DNA of 61,527 bases, counting the filler, from Basidioascus undulatus (Eukaryota): the NCBI GenBank assembly GCA_000826855.1. It is 5 parts of 5 records of this genome, joined end to end, with 100 filler letters (N's around TTAATTAATTAA, not from the genome) between each part and the next. Parts side by side here need not be neighbours in the genome. Positions count along the whole stretch, not along the records: positions 49,327 to 61,527 come from JTLS01000934.1; 4 more parts are not named here. One strand, given 5' to 3'. The notes under the pieces are model-generated. The model made no database searches. It saw nothing but the letters and a program-made list of their open reading frames with translations, and was not told the DNA's origin. Position 1 is the first letter of the stretch. Each line of letters starts with the position of its first letter. This document shows, piece by piece, positions 50,466 to 61,527 of the stretch. Both the position numbers and the translations under genes were made by a program.

Positions 50466-50841
50466 CCTGGCCGGATGCGCACGCGAGCACAGAGCAGAGG
50501 CGACTCGCTGGCTGGGGGACCGTTGTCGACGGCGCCGACACCGAGTACGATAACGACGACGACGACGGGGAAACCAACAGCGAGGAGAGCCTGACGGTCA
50601 GGGGAAGGCAACAGCGATGGCGGTTATTAGGCTCTTGGCGGGGCGAACTGAAGGACTGAAACAAAGCGCGTACTCCGTCCGGCCCGCGATTGCGATAGAG
50701 CCTGAGCGGGGTCTTGCTCTGCCTCTCACCTTGAAACGACCATCAAGACTCACACTCTACAAAATACACTTTTTATACCCTTCAATTCAACACATTCTAT
50801 TCCCCCGTAGACGAGCGTAAGGTCTGCGCAGGCTGCCAGTC

Positions 50842-53800
50842 ATGTCGTCCCCGCGCCCATCCACAGATGAGGGTGCGCATGGACGTTCCCTTGCTCTTCT
50901 CAGCAGCATAGATTAATCGCACCGGGAATTGTGCAGAGAACGCCCCTCTCCTCGATGGCGACCGCAACGAATACCCTCGCCCCCGCCCCCGCTTCCAACG
51001 CCTCGCAGAGCGACTCCGCCTCCACAAGCTCTCCGAGCCGGCAGCGCTGAGCCCTTTCGAGAAGGCCCTCCTTGCGCTCCTCCTGCTGTTTGCTGTGGTG
51101 GGGACCGTCTTTATCGGTACGCTTCTATATAATGTCTGTACCTCTGGAAATTGGCTGAGGTGATGGGACGACAGGCCTCTTCGCCGGAGCAGAGAGGCAG
51201 CTCAAGCACCGCCCGACGCCTACCCACCCGCCCGCGAGCACCGTCACCCACACCGAGCACCACACGGCCACTGCGACCTACACCCTCCCCCCGCCTTCGT
51301 CTACGCCTGTCCCCTCCCCTCCTCCGGGGCAAGTATGTCCTCCCACTTCCTTCCTTCCCTGAACCACAGCGGCTGAGAACGACGGGAGCGCACAGGACGA
51401 GGAGGTCTGCACTTCGGCCCAATGCGTCTTGACCGCCGCTTCGATTCTTTCCTCGATCGACACTACTGTCGACCCATGTAGCTCTCTGTACCAATTTGCT
51501 GCGGGCGGGTGGGCAAGTAGCTCAATTATCGTCATTGTCCGACCCAGCGCTCACTCGCAATCAACTCCCACAGCTCAAGGAGCACCCCGTCCCCGCCTCC
51601 AAGGGCAACTATGGTATCTTCGAGTCTGTCTCAGACCGGAACCGGGTGCGTCGCATCCCCTACCCCCCTCCTTGCCTACACCGACACTCACCCTTTACCC
51701 TCAGGCTATCGTCCGCGACATCATCCACTCCTCCCCGCACTTGCTCTCCTCCTCCCCCTCCTCGGACGAAGCGAACCTGCACACCCTCCGCACCTTCTAC
51801 TCCACGTGCCTGGACGAATCCGCGCAGAACGCGCGTGGCGCTCGCCCGCTGCTCGACGTCGTCGATGCGCTGCGCGAGGTCCTCCGCGACGCGGCGGACG
51901 CGGCGGACGAGGAGTTCGAGGAGGCGCTGGCGGGGCTGAGGAAGCAGGAGAAACGGAAGCACCATAAGGAGGGGAAGAAGAAGGAGGAGAGGGGGAAGCA
52001 CGGGAAGGAGGGCAAGGAGGAGAAGGAGAAGAGGCGGTCGAGGCAGCTTACTGCTGCGCTCGCGTACTTGCACTCGCGCGGTGAGTTGCGGGGCTGGTTT
52101 GGAAGAGGATGGAATGCTGATGCTTGAGGTGGTGGAAAGGCATCCCCGCACTGTTCTCGTTCATCCTCGACGGCGACGTCGGCAAGCACCCGTCTAAGCA
52201 GGTCCCATGGTTGTTCCAGGACGGGTTCGGACTGCCCGACAAGGTGCGTTTACACCTTCTCCCCATTGAAACCCTTGGTACTTTGGCTCTAACTTCTGTT
52301 ACCAGGCCTACTACCTCGAGGACGACGCGCTCGACTACTACCGCGGCGTCGTGCACGACGTCCTCCGGGCCGTGTACGACCGCGCGGACGCGGACGACTC
52401 GTCCCGGCCCGCGAAGCGCAGCTACAAGTGGCTCGCCGAGGACGTGGTCAAGTTCGAAGCTGCGCTGGCCAAGGTGTCCGCTGACAAGTGCGTCCCCTTC
52501 TCCCCAACCTTCAAAAGATTCTGCTGATCTGGTTTGGGAGGGGACAGCGTCGAGCTCGCCGACCCCATCGGGACGTACAACCCGTTCTCGCCTCACAACC
52601 TCCACAACGCGTTTCCCTCCCTCTCCTGGCCGACCTACTTCGCCTCATACTCCCCGCGCCCGCGCTTCCCGCACCCCATCATCGTCTCCTCGCCCTCCTA
52701 CCTCTCGCGCCTCGCTGAGCTTGTCGCGCCCCGCCACCTCAATGACGAGACACTCGAGGCGTACCTCGTCGTGCGCGCGTCGCTCGAGCTCGGGAAGCAC
52801 CTCGGGCCGCAGATGCAGGTCGCCCAGGCCACGGCGAGGCTTGAGGGGTGGATGAAGGGCCTGCCCGAGGGCACGGTTCAGCCGAGGGAGGACAGGTGTT
52901 TGGAGGAGATCGATGAGCAGCTCGGGTTCTTGGCAGGCAGGTACTTCGTTCAAGAGGCGTTCCCTGGCGACTCGAAAGCCACGTCTGAGGCTATCATCGA
53001 CAGTGTGTCTCTTCCTTCCTCCTCCTCTTCTTCCTCTCTCCGACCCACGCACTAACCTTCCCCCTTCACTCGTCCCACCAGGCATCATCGACGCGTTCAT
53101 CGCGCGTCTCCCCGCGCTGGACTGGCTCGACAAGCCGACGGCCAAGGCAGCAGCAGAGAAAGCGCGCGTGCTGCACTCGACGAAAAAGATCGGGTACCCG
53201 ACGAGCAACCCGAACACGACGGACCCGGACAGCCTCGCGCGCTACTACGCCGGCCACGGCGTCACGCCCAACGACTACTTTGGGAACGTCCTGCGCGGGC
53301 GCGTTGCGGAGGAGCAGCGCAAGTGGGCGCGGGTCGGACGGGAGGCGGCGGGGGAGTGGGGTGCATCTGCTTGTTTTCCTGCGAAGTTTTCAGAAAGACG
53401 TCACTGACTAAAGGGGAACAGATATGGTGCCTGACGAGGTCAACGCATACTACCAGCCGAGCAAGAATGAGGTGCGGCTTTCGGCAGGCCCGTCATCAAG
53501 CCCGCGAAACTCACGGGGGAAGGTGGGATCGCAGATTGTCTTCCCCGCCGGCATCCTCCAGCCCCCGTTCTTCCAGCGCGACTGGCCGCTCGTCCTCCAG
53601 TATGGCGGAATGGGCTCGATCGCGTCGCACGAGCTCACGCACGCGTTCGACTCGTCTGGTCGGCTGTGCGTGTTTTCCTGCCACCCATACTCTCCCCGAC
53701 CCTCTGCCTTTCCGCGCAGCAGAATATTGATTTTCCGGGGTGAGAATAGGTACGACAAGGACGGCCGCCTCCTCATCGACGACCCGTGGTGGTCGAACGC

Positions 53801-54582
53801 GACTGCGGCGGAGTTTGAGAAGCGCAAGCAGTGCGTTGTCGACCAGTACGATGGCTACACGGTCGACAACGGCAAGGGCGGCGTGGAGCACGTGAATGGC
53901 AAGCTCGTCGTCGGGGAGGCCATGTGGGCACAACCATCTGCCATTTCTTTCTCCCGTGGGCCGGGGAATGCTGAATCCGGCGGTTGTGCAGTGCCGACCT
54001 CGGCATCCGCCAGAGCTGGGATGCGTGGAAGGCCGCGCACAAGAAGGAGCTCGCTGCCGGCAAGAAGAAGGTCGTCCTCCCCGGTCTGAACTTCACCGAG
54101 TACGTCTTTCGTTCTCTCGGCTCGGTCTTGCGCCAGTCGGCTCACAGTACTCGCATGAGCAGCGAGCAGCTCTTCTTCATCGCCTGGGCGCGCACTTGGG
54201 CGCGCTCGATTCGCCCGACTGAAGCGGTACGCTCTTGTCGGGCCTGTTTGCATACACGGCGATTTCTGCTGCTGACTCGGATGCCCGCGCTGGCAGGTCC
54301 GCCGCGTCCGCGTTGACCCGCACGCCCCGAACAACTGGCGCGTTGACGGTACAGCGGCTAACACGCACGAGTTTGCGAAGGTACGTCCGGCTTGCTACTG
54401 CGGCTCCGAATGACAGGTACTGAGAGAAGGTGTGCGACACCACAGGCTTTCAACTGCCCTATGGGCTCGAAAGTGCGTCGACCACAAGCGATGTATACAA
54501 GAGATCTGCAGGACTGATATTCGCGTACGCGCTTATTTCACAGCTCAACCCGCCAGAGTCCAAGCAGTGCAGGTTGTGGTGA
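50842..54582 (+). CDS. M13 (neprilysin/ECE-like) zinc metallopeptidase, type II membrane protein
   Basis: N-terminal TM helix, VDPCSSLYQFA.GGW, KIGYP, VNAYY, IVFPAGILQPPFF, HELTH (HExxH), GEAIAD, QLFFIAWA, DPHAP, FNCP and terminal CRLW stop. Confidence 0.95.
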
Positions 54583-54983
54583 GAAAGGCTTGGGAGACTG
54601 CGACAAGACACTTTGGGTGCTTGGTCGCTTGTACTTTTTGGCGGTCTTTCCTTCTCGATCATTCGCGCTTGTACTCTCGTTATTTTCTGCAATCAACACG
54701 ATCCTAAGATAATACGTATGGGGAATGTTGAATGGAACGTGTGCTGTTGTACGCAAGAGGCGAGATCTGGGCGCCGTCCTCGGGTTGTCCGCCGGCGGCC
54801 GTCCAGGCTGGATCGACCCACTTGGGCTCGGCGGGTTCCCTCCACGCCACTGCTCTCTCTCGATTCTTCCATCTCCCAAATATCTCTGCACCTCCCATCG
54901 CTCGTGTGATCCCTCCTACGACCGAATCCCATATTCCCTGCATCCCATCCCCATCCTCGCCCTCGCCCTACCCCCAACCGCAA

Positions 54984-56337
54984 ATGTCCAGCCCGTCCCG
55001 CCCCTCGGTCCCGACGCTCGTCATCTCCCCCTCCGCATCGTCGTCCACGTCCGCCGCCGCGTCCAGGGCGTCCACCGGCGCAGGCAAGCGCGCGCGCTCC
55101 TCCTCCCTCGTCTCCCTCCAGCAGGTGCCCGAGGACCCGCAACAGGTCCTCGACCGCGGCGCGCACAACAACCACAATGCGGATTGGGTCAACTTCAAAG
55201 GTGCGCGCCACTCCGACCTCGAATGAAGCCGAGATGCACGCCCGCTCACCCTCTGGACTAATTTCTCATTCAACCTTCCATTCCCGTTTATCTCTGCACC
55301 GCTGTCGCATTACCCCACCGTCTCTCGTCTACCGCTCGTCTGACGACTCAGGCGCATGGGTCATCCACGTCGTCCTCATCACCCTCGGCAAGATCTTGGT
55401 GGATGTCGTGCCGGGGATGAGCCAGGAGATCAGCTGGTCGATCGTGACGTGCGGGTACATGGCAGTGAGTCCGGGTTCTTCCCTTGATCAAGTACGTCCG
55501 GCTGGGGATGCTCGGAGCGTCGGGCGTGGGCGACGTGGAGCTTGGCGGCGCAATGCCGCTCGACCTTTCCGTGCAGGTTGCGTACCCGGATGCTGGCGGA
55601 TTGGGTCTGTTGGTCGGCTTAATATCGTGGCGGAAGTGCCGTGGGATGTTGGCGAGGGCTGGAGCGGAGCATTGAGGGTGGTGTCCCGAGGCCGGACAAG
55701 CATCTCACTGATCCGCGCCTCGCGGTCCTGACATGCCATGCTTTGCTTCGGCAACCGACCCGCGCTGCAACCAATTATTCTGCACGGTCCTGGTTTCTTA
55801 CATACGTCCTTTTCCTCTCCAGGTCACCTTCCTCATGTTCCATCACAGGACAGGCGTACCGTTCGAGTCGAACAGCAGCGGGGCTTGGGACGAGCTCACG
55901 ATGTGGGAGCAGATTGACGGCGGGGCGCAGTACACGCCCGCGCGGAAGTGGTTGACCTGCGTACCCATAGGCCTGTGCGTGCACTGCCGCCCCAGTCCAG
56001 ACCCGGCTGCGCCAGACTGACAGACATGGCGGGCCGGACTTTGCAGATTCCTGATCTCGACGCATTACACCAAATACAAGTCCTGGCTGTTCGCCATCAA
56101 CTTCACCGCCCTCCTTATCGCCCTCGCCCCCAAGCTTCCCCTCGTACGTCTGCTTGCACCATTATCCGGGAGGGAGTCTTTCCGGGCGTTCACTCGCTGA
56201 TCGTTATTCCACGACCGCGACAGCTCCACCGCCAGCGCGTGCGCTTCCTCGAGCCCGTCGAGAGCACGACGACCACGCCCGTCTCTTCCCGCCCGCGGAC
56301 GCCGATCCACGGCCTCGCGCCACCGAGCAGTTCATAG
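54984..56337 (+). CDS. ORM1: ORM/ORMDL sphingolipid synthesis regulator
   Basis: NADWVNFKGAWVIH, FLMFH..TGVPF, ELTMWEQIDGGAQYTPARKWL, FLISTHYT and PKLP.LHR.R. Confidence 0.95.
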
Positions 56338-56452
56338 TGCCGCGGCATCTGGATTGGGAGTGAGGTTTATTTGGGCGGGGGGTCGTCGTCTCTGGGCGCG
56401 GCGGGCATAGCGATGATTCGGTTTCCGCCGCTTTCGTGTTCTAGTTACCTTT

Positions 56453-56551
56453 GTTTGATTACCCGCTACGTTCTTGGGACACCCAGTTTGATTACCCGCT
56501 ACGTTCTTGGGACACCCAGTTTGATTACCCGCTACGTTCTTGGGACACCCA
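56453..56551. repeat. Perfect 33-bp tandem repeat x3 downstream of ORM1
   Basis: gtttgattacccgctacgttcttgggacaccca at 56453, 56486 and 56519, with no spacers. Confidence 0.97.
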
Positions 56552-57052
56552 GCCTTAATGCTATATCAGTCGCTGATGTACGCGCTGCCAAGCTTGAGCG
56601 ACTTGCAGATTGTCGGTCTGATTTAGATAGGGCCTTTTGATCGTCGCGCTGGGTTCGACTGTCGACACCGCGGTCCGGCGTAAGGGCCCAAGACGGCAAG
56701 TAAGGCGTCGAGCAAATTACTGTCGGCGTCGAGGAGAGCTCGGTCGAAGTTGTCCCGTCCTCTATCCGCCGCATTGTGCCTGAATATCTTGCTCAAGATG
56801 GCTCAAGACGAATTAATGGATTCTGCTAGTCTAACAGCCGGTCCGCCTAACCGGCATGTTCTTCTTAGAGTCTGTCCTGGTCTTCGAACGTGCCCATGCG
56901 CGCAGGGCTAACGCCTCGAGCACAACTTGACGTCGAGTCCTCATTTCGCTCCTGCCTGCCTCTCTGCTCTACCGCACTCCACTCACGCAGACTGCGACGA
57001 GCCGCTCAGTCGTCGATACTGCACCGCAATACTGCACCGCATCGTGCCCTTT

Positions 57053-59286
57053 ATGTTGATGCCCAACTCGCCTACTCCGCAAGAAGACGCCTCGGACGTC
57101 GGTTGGCCAACCTCCCTCGATCTTGGCTGGTCTGTCCAATTTCTGGGCCGCCTCTGTTGGGGATTCATGGTCTGCAGATCTAATGACAAAGTGGTGGCGC
57201 AGGCGTTACGAGCTGAGCATCATTCAGCAGCCTGTGCGGGCGCGTGCATGCGGGAATACGACGAAGGTGAGGCAGTCGAGCGTCGCATGCCGCTCTCAGG
57301 ATGGCTAAAGGAACGAAACCAACTCCCACAGGACTATCGAACTATAAACCCCTCCCCCATCTTGCAGTTAGTCATTCAAGACGATGCGGCGGAGATGTTG
57401 GATGTGCGTGTTCCTATGCAGTCGTCGGTGCCACCCTTCCGTGCTGCTGATGAGTGGTTCGGCTGGTCGATAGCTCGAGTGAGTTCTGCTCACTGCAGCT
57501 GAACCTTTTCCTATTCCGTCATCACTGATGCTCGAATCAGCGAAATCGACTACTCCCGTTTAACAGTGACGGCTGCGCTCGACCGCGTCTCCGATGCGGC
57601 CGCTCCAGCAGCAGACCTAGACGTCGACGTACAAACCGCTCAATATCCATCGTCCTTACCTCCTGCTCCAGCGCGGAGCGAATCCAGTGCTGAAGGCGAT
57701 CCCTGGTCGTCGGCAGCGCCATGGCCGGCAGCGGCAGCGGCAGTGGGGTCGTCGGCACTGCCTGATCAACGTGGTGGCGTAGAGCACAACCTGCCTTCCT
57801 TACGAGAGGTACTAGGCGACGTTGGGGTACCCGCGCAAGAGTTCGAGCCTACGACGTTCGTGTCGAAGTTGTTATGGGGCAACAGCACGGTGCGTCTTCC
57901 TTGTACAGCTGTACGACGCGAGAATGTAAATGACGGTAGGGAGGTCCTCCAGTCCTGCGCTCATCTGTTGATGGATACCTCGGGCCAGTCCGGCCTGTTC
58001 TTCTTCTTCAACGAGCTCGGCGTTCGGGGTGAAGGTCGGCATCCGCTGACGCTTCGGCTTCCATTCCGATCTGGCTGCGGTGCTGACCGTGTTAGACAAC
58101 AGGCCAATATCGCTTACAGTTTCGAGTGTACCAACTGGAAATGTAACGACACCTACTCCTTTATTACGCCTCGATTCACAACGTTGATTCGTTTTACCTC
58201 TGCGCTGCAGGGAAGGACAGGTACCGAGCACGTCCAATGAGCCACTGGCTGAAGCGACCAGCGATGTTTTTACGGTATACTCCTCAAAGCGGTTTCCCGG
58301 TCAGTCTTGGATTATGTTTGCCTACAAGCCCTTCTCCAGGGCTCAGCTGACCACCCGGTGCTCTGTGGATCCAGGGACACTGCGTTCGTCGTCTCTCTAT
58401 CCTTCGGGCTGCTGCTGTCTGCCCCGCTTTTATCGTTCCCGGATTAACGAGCTACTATCTCGTCGATGTAGCAACAACGAAACTATCGAAACATTTCAGC
58501 CTTCAGAACATCAAGGTAACGTCCTCTTCCTTCGTTTCGCAAACCCAACTGACCTGTCGGATCGGAATGCAGTCGCTCGTCAGTTGACCGGTTGTTAGGA
58601 TGCGCTGTTGGGACGTGTGTGCGAAGGACATTTCAGACTGTTTAGATATCAGGATGCGTTTGCTCGCAGCATCCTCGCCGAGTAAGAAATCAAGCTGCGT
58701 CTTCGCAGTGCACTCAGAGACAGTGGCGCACGACGGCACGTCTTCCCGCCTGGCTCAGCGACAGGTAATGGATATCCCTCTCCCTTACATCCGAGCGGAT
58801 GTAGTATGTCTGGGGCATACTGCTCCCCAAGAACATTGGCCCTTTCTCCCTTCGCAACTTGAGTAGATAGTATGACAGTCATCCAACTGCGGCCAGCTGC
58901 CCAACCTGCTCTTCCTGCTCCCAGAGGAAGGGCGCCCTCACGCGGCATCCGCTGCTCTCCACCCGGCTGACGTTGCGCGAGAATGTGGTCCTACCCTACC
59001 GTCTATCCCTCCCCCGCTCACCTTGCCCCTTGAGCCAATAGTCGAGCTGCCCGTCCCCAACCCCACACTGCGCGTGGGACTCGGGGGCCTCCTGCCTGGC
59101 GGGCTGCCGGTCGTCAAGGGCCGGGGTTTGGGGTGGGCCGCTCGTGTGATGCTTTGGGATAAGTTCGCCAAGGTCGAGCTGCACAGACCAGCAGCATTGG
59201 AGAACCAACTTGAGAGACCAATGCATCTTGGCAAGCACCTGGTCGGCTGTGCTCGGAAACATCCCATACCGCTGCTTACTCAATGA
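57053..59286 (+). CDS. Velvet-domain protein with split domain (VelB-like); 3' exons uncertain
   Basis: RYELSIIQQPVRARACG, DYRTINPSPILQL, LWGNST|SCAHLLMD..GLFFFFNELGVRGEG|QYRLQF, SDVFTVYSSKRFPG and TKLSKHF. Confidence 0.85.
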
Positions 59287-59365
59287 ACAACTCTGAAAAC
59301 CCAAGGTCTATGAAAGAAGTCGTTGAATTTCACTCTACGGCGATTCTCAGAAAGGAAAGTCACTT

Positions 59366-60411
59366 TCATCCCTTCGCAGCACTTTCAGCCCCCGCCTGCT
59401 TCTCGCCCGCCTTCGCAGCCTTCGGCCTCCTGCGCCTCGCCAGCTTGGCAAACTCCTCCTCGAGGTGCGCCTTGAGCTTGGGCACGGTGCTGAACTCGGC
59501 GCCCGTGAGGTGCGATACGAGCGGCTCCTTGAGCAGGGCCTCGTACTCGCGCTTTGGTTCTGGGAGCTGCCGAACGGGAGAGGGAATGATAAGAATAGTG
59601 AGCGATGAGAGAGGATGTTGAGGGATGGTGAGGGAGGAAGAGGAGGAGGAAGGCGTGCCGCTTTCGTGTTGCTTTGGGCCCAGGAGCGGACGGTGTCGAG
59701 CGAGAGGAAGAAGCCGTGCGTCGGTGAAAAGGAGTTGTAGCTATGAGCGTCAGATATATCAGCATATGGTCGTACCGGTTCGAATTGGTCATCTTGTGAA
59801 ACGATGTACTGTTTCTTGTTCTTCAAAGCTGGCGATATCAGATCATTCGAGATGACATGCCTGTTGCGCGCCCCAGCCCAGGCTTCAGCCCAATCCCGGG
59901 AAGCAGCTAGGCGGAAAACACGGATGGCATCGTTTATGGAACGGAACGCACAGGTGTACATACCGCATCGACTCGACCGCATGGAAGCCGACATTAACGC
60001 CCCACGTGAATCCCTCGGCAGCCTCCATCTCGTCCTCGATCATCTCCTTGACCTCCTCCGCCGCGCGCTCGAGCACCAGGAGCACTGCGTCCGCGTGATC
60101 GCCCGCCAGAAGCGCGGAGAGGCTGTCGAGGTCCTCCCCGGGCACACCGGTGGCGCTGTCGTCGCCGTAGGCGACGTTGGGCAGTGGATACCGTGGGAGG
60201 ACGAGGAAGTGGTACTTTGCCTGTGCGGTCAAGGCCGAGATGAATGTGTGAGGGCAGAGCTATTGAAACAGGACGATCGGTCAGTTACTTTGGGATACTT
60301 GTCGAAGATGGCTAGGGTCTGAGGGGTGGACGTGAGGTGCACGTCGGGCGGAAGCGAGCGCGCCGGGTCGGGTAGGCGCGCGTACTCCGCGAGGATGTTC
60401 GACCACGACAT
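59366..60411 (-). CDS. HNT3: Aprataxin (HIT-family DNA 5'-deadenylase)
   Basis: IFDKYPK|AKYHFLVLPR, GFHAVESMRYVHL|HVISNDL, LKNKKH|YNSF and PKLKAHL. Confidence 0.92.
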
Positions 60412-60911
60412 GAGCTAGGAGTGAGTGCAGAGCGATCGAAGAAGCGGCAAATCCCAGTTGAGAGTTTCGAAAGTCAGTGAAGATGTTATCTGAGCCGAGC
60501 AGGATGAAGGCGAAAGGCAAGGAGCATACCTAGCCTCGGGCGGCCTTGGAATTTCGCGTCGTCGACGCGTTCCGATCATTGTCATTTACATAGTGAAACT
60601 TCTACCAAAGCCCGGAATGTACACTTCAATCAACAATATAATGTTTTGTTTATCCCAGATTACAATCGATACTCGTTTTTTCTTGGCACACCTCTTTATT
60701 GATTGGCGTTTGTTTCTCTTGCTCTCCGGAGTTCTGTCAGGCACGGGCTGCCACCTGTGCCGTTCCCGCGGGCCGACCGGCGGGCGAACCCCACGCCCTG
60801 CGTCGCCGCCGGCTGCCTTGCAGCAATCTCCCCATCGTCCTTGACCGTCTTCTCCTCCCGCCGCTCATCCTCCTGTCTTTCTCCTTGCCCCCATCTCCAA
60901 GCCCATTCATC

Positions 60912-61527
60912 ATGGCTTTCGCACTGCGGTCCATCGCTCGGTCCAGTCGGGGTGCGTCAGAATACAGCTCCTCCGAGTTGGAGGTTGTGCATTTCAGCTG
61001 ATCTCGACAATGACCGATTTGGAACAGCTTTCAGCACGTCCGCCCGCCTGCAAGCTGTGACGACGTTCCAGATGCCCGCTATGTCGCCCACGATGACCGA
61101 GGGCGGCATTTCCAGCTGGAAGGTCAAGGAGGGGCAGTTGTTCGCGGCCGGTGACGTCTTGCTCGAGATTGTGCGTCTCGTCTTCCTTTGGCTTCAGCTT
61201 CCACTTTCCCGGTCCTCCTCCTTCTCGAATTGCCCACTGATTGAAGTGCTTGGACTATGCTACTTTCGCTGTACTGTAGGAGACCGACAAGGCGACGATG
61301 GATGTCGAGGCGCAGGAGGACGGCGTGATGGCCAAGATTGTGGTGCGTCAGTCTCGCGCCCGCCTCTGTCGGAACAGCTCAGGTGATGGACGATAATTCG
61401 AAACAATCACAGATCTCGGACGGCGCCAAGGGCGTCCCTGTCGGCAAGGTCATCGCCATGCTGGCGGAGGAGGGTGACGACCTGTCCTCGATCGAAGTGC
61501 CCGCGGAGGAGTCTTTCTCTTCCTCCT
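60912..61527 (+). CDS. Pyruvate dehydrogenase lipoyl-domain protein (protein X/Pdx1-like; E2 not excluded), 3' truncated
   Basis: Presequence, MPAMSPTMTEGGI, GDVLLEI|ETDKATMDVEA (lipoyl-Lys) and LAEEGDDLSSIEVP. Confidence 0.88.

Noticed and set aside
56453..56551. CRISPR-like array (33-bp repeats)
   Set aside because: Repeats are directly adjacent with no spacers, there are no cas genes, and the context is eukaryotic.
59855..59990. Aprataxin HIT motif reads Y-V-H-L-H instead of H-x-H-x-H
   Set aside because: The first His is also replaced in known fungal Hnt3 proteins, and the catalytic His is retained.

Overview
Eukaryotic, intron-rich, GC-rich fungal DNA. Gene families and frequent GTGCG/GTGAG donors point to a basidiomycete, possibly Pucciniomycotina; this is an inference. 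The window is not one locus: it is five contigs of about 12.2 kb (1-12246, 12347-24589, 24690-36895, 36996-49226, 49327-61527) joined by identical artificial 100-bp N44-TTAATTAATTAA-N44 spacers. Recognisable spliced genes: isovaleryl-CoA dehydrogenase, a basidiomycete-type F-box-like protein, tubulin cofactor E, CENP-N/Chl4, an RFC small subunit, otubain, an Lcl3-type nuclease, an Ayr1-like SDR, an M20D peptidase, UPF0183/PHAF1, Trm10, a hot-dog thioesterase, a bZIP factor, a KilA-N-like protein, Sog2, an M13 peptidase, Orm1, a velvet protein, aprataxin and a PDH lipoyl protein. There are also two intron-containing tRNAs and several decayed accessory genes. I found no convincing new multi-gene system. 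The most notable signals are splicing extremes (5-, 9-, 10- and 12-nt microexons, an ATG split by an intron, GC-AG introns, 7- and 9-nt tRNA introns), a disrupted two-TM SLATT-like ORF overlapping an F-box gene, and decay confined to lineage-specific genes. All exon models were read by eye, without database searches.
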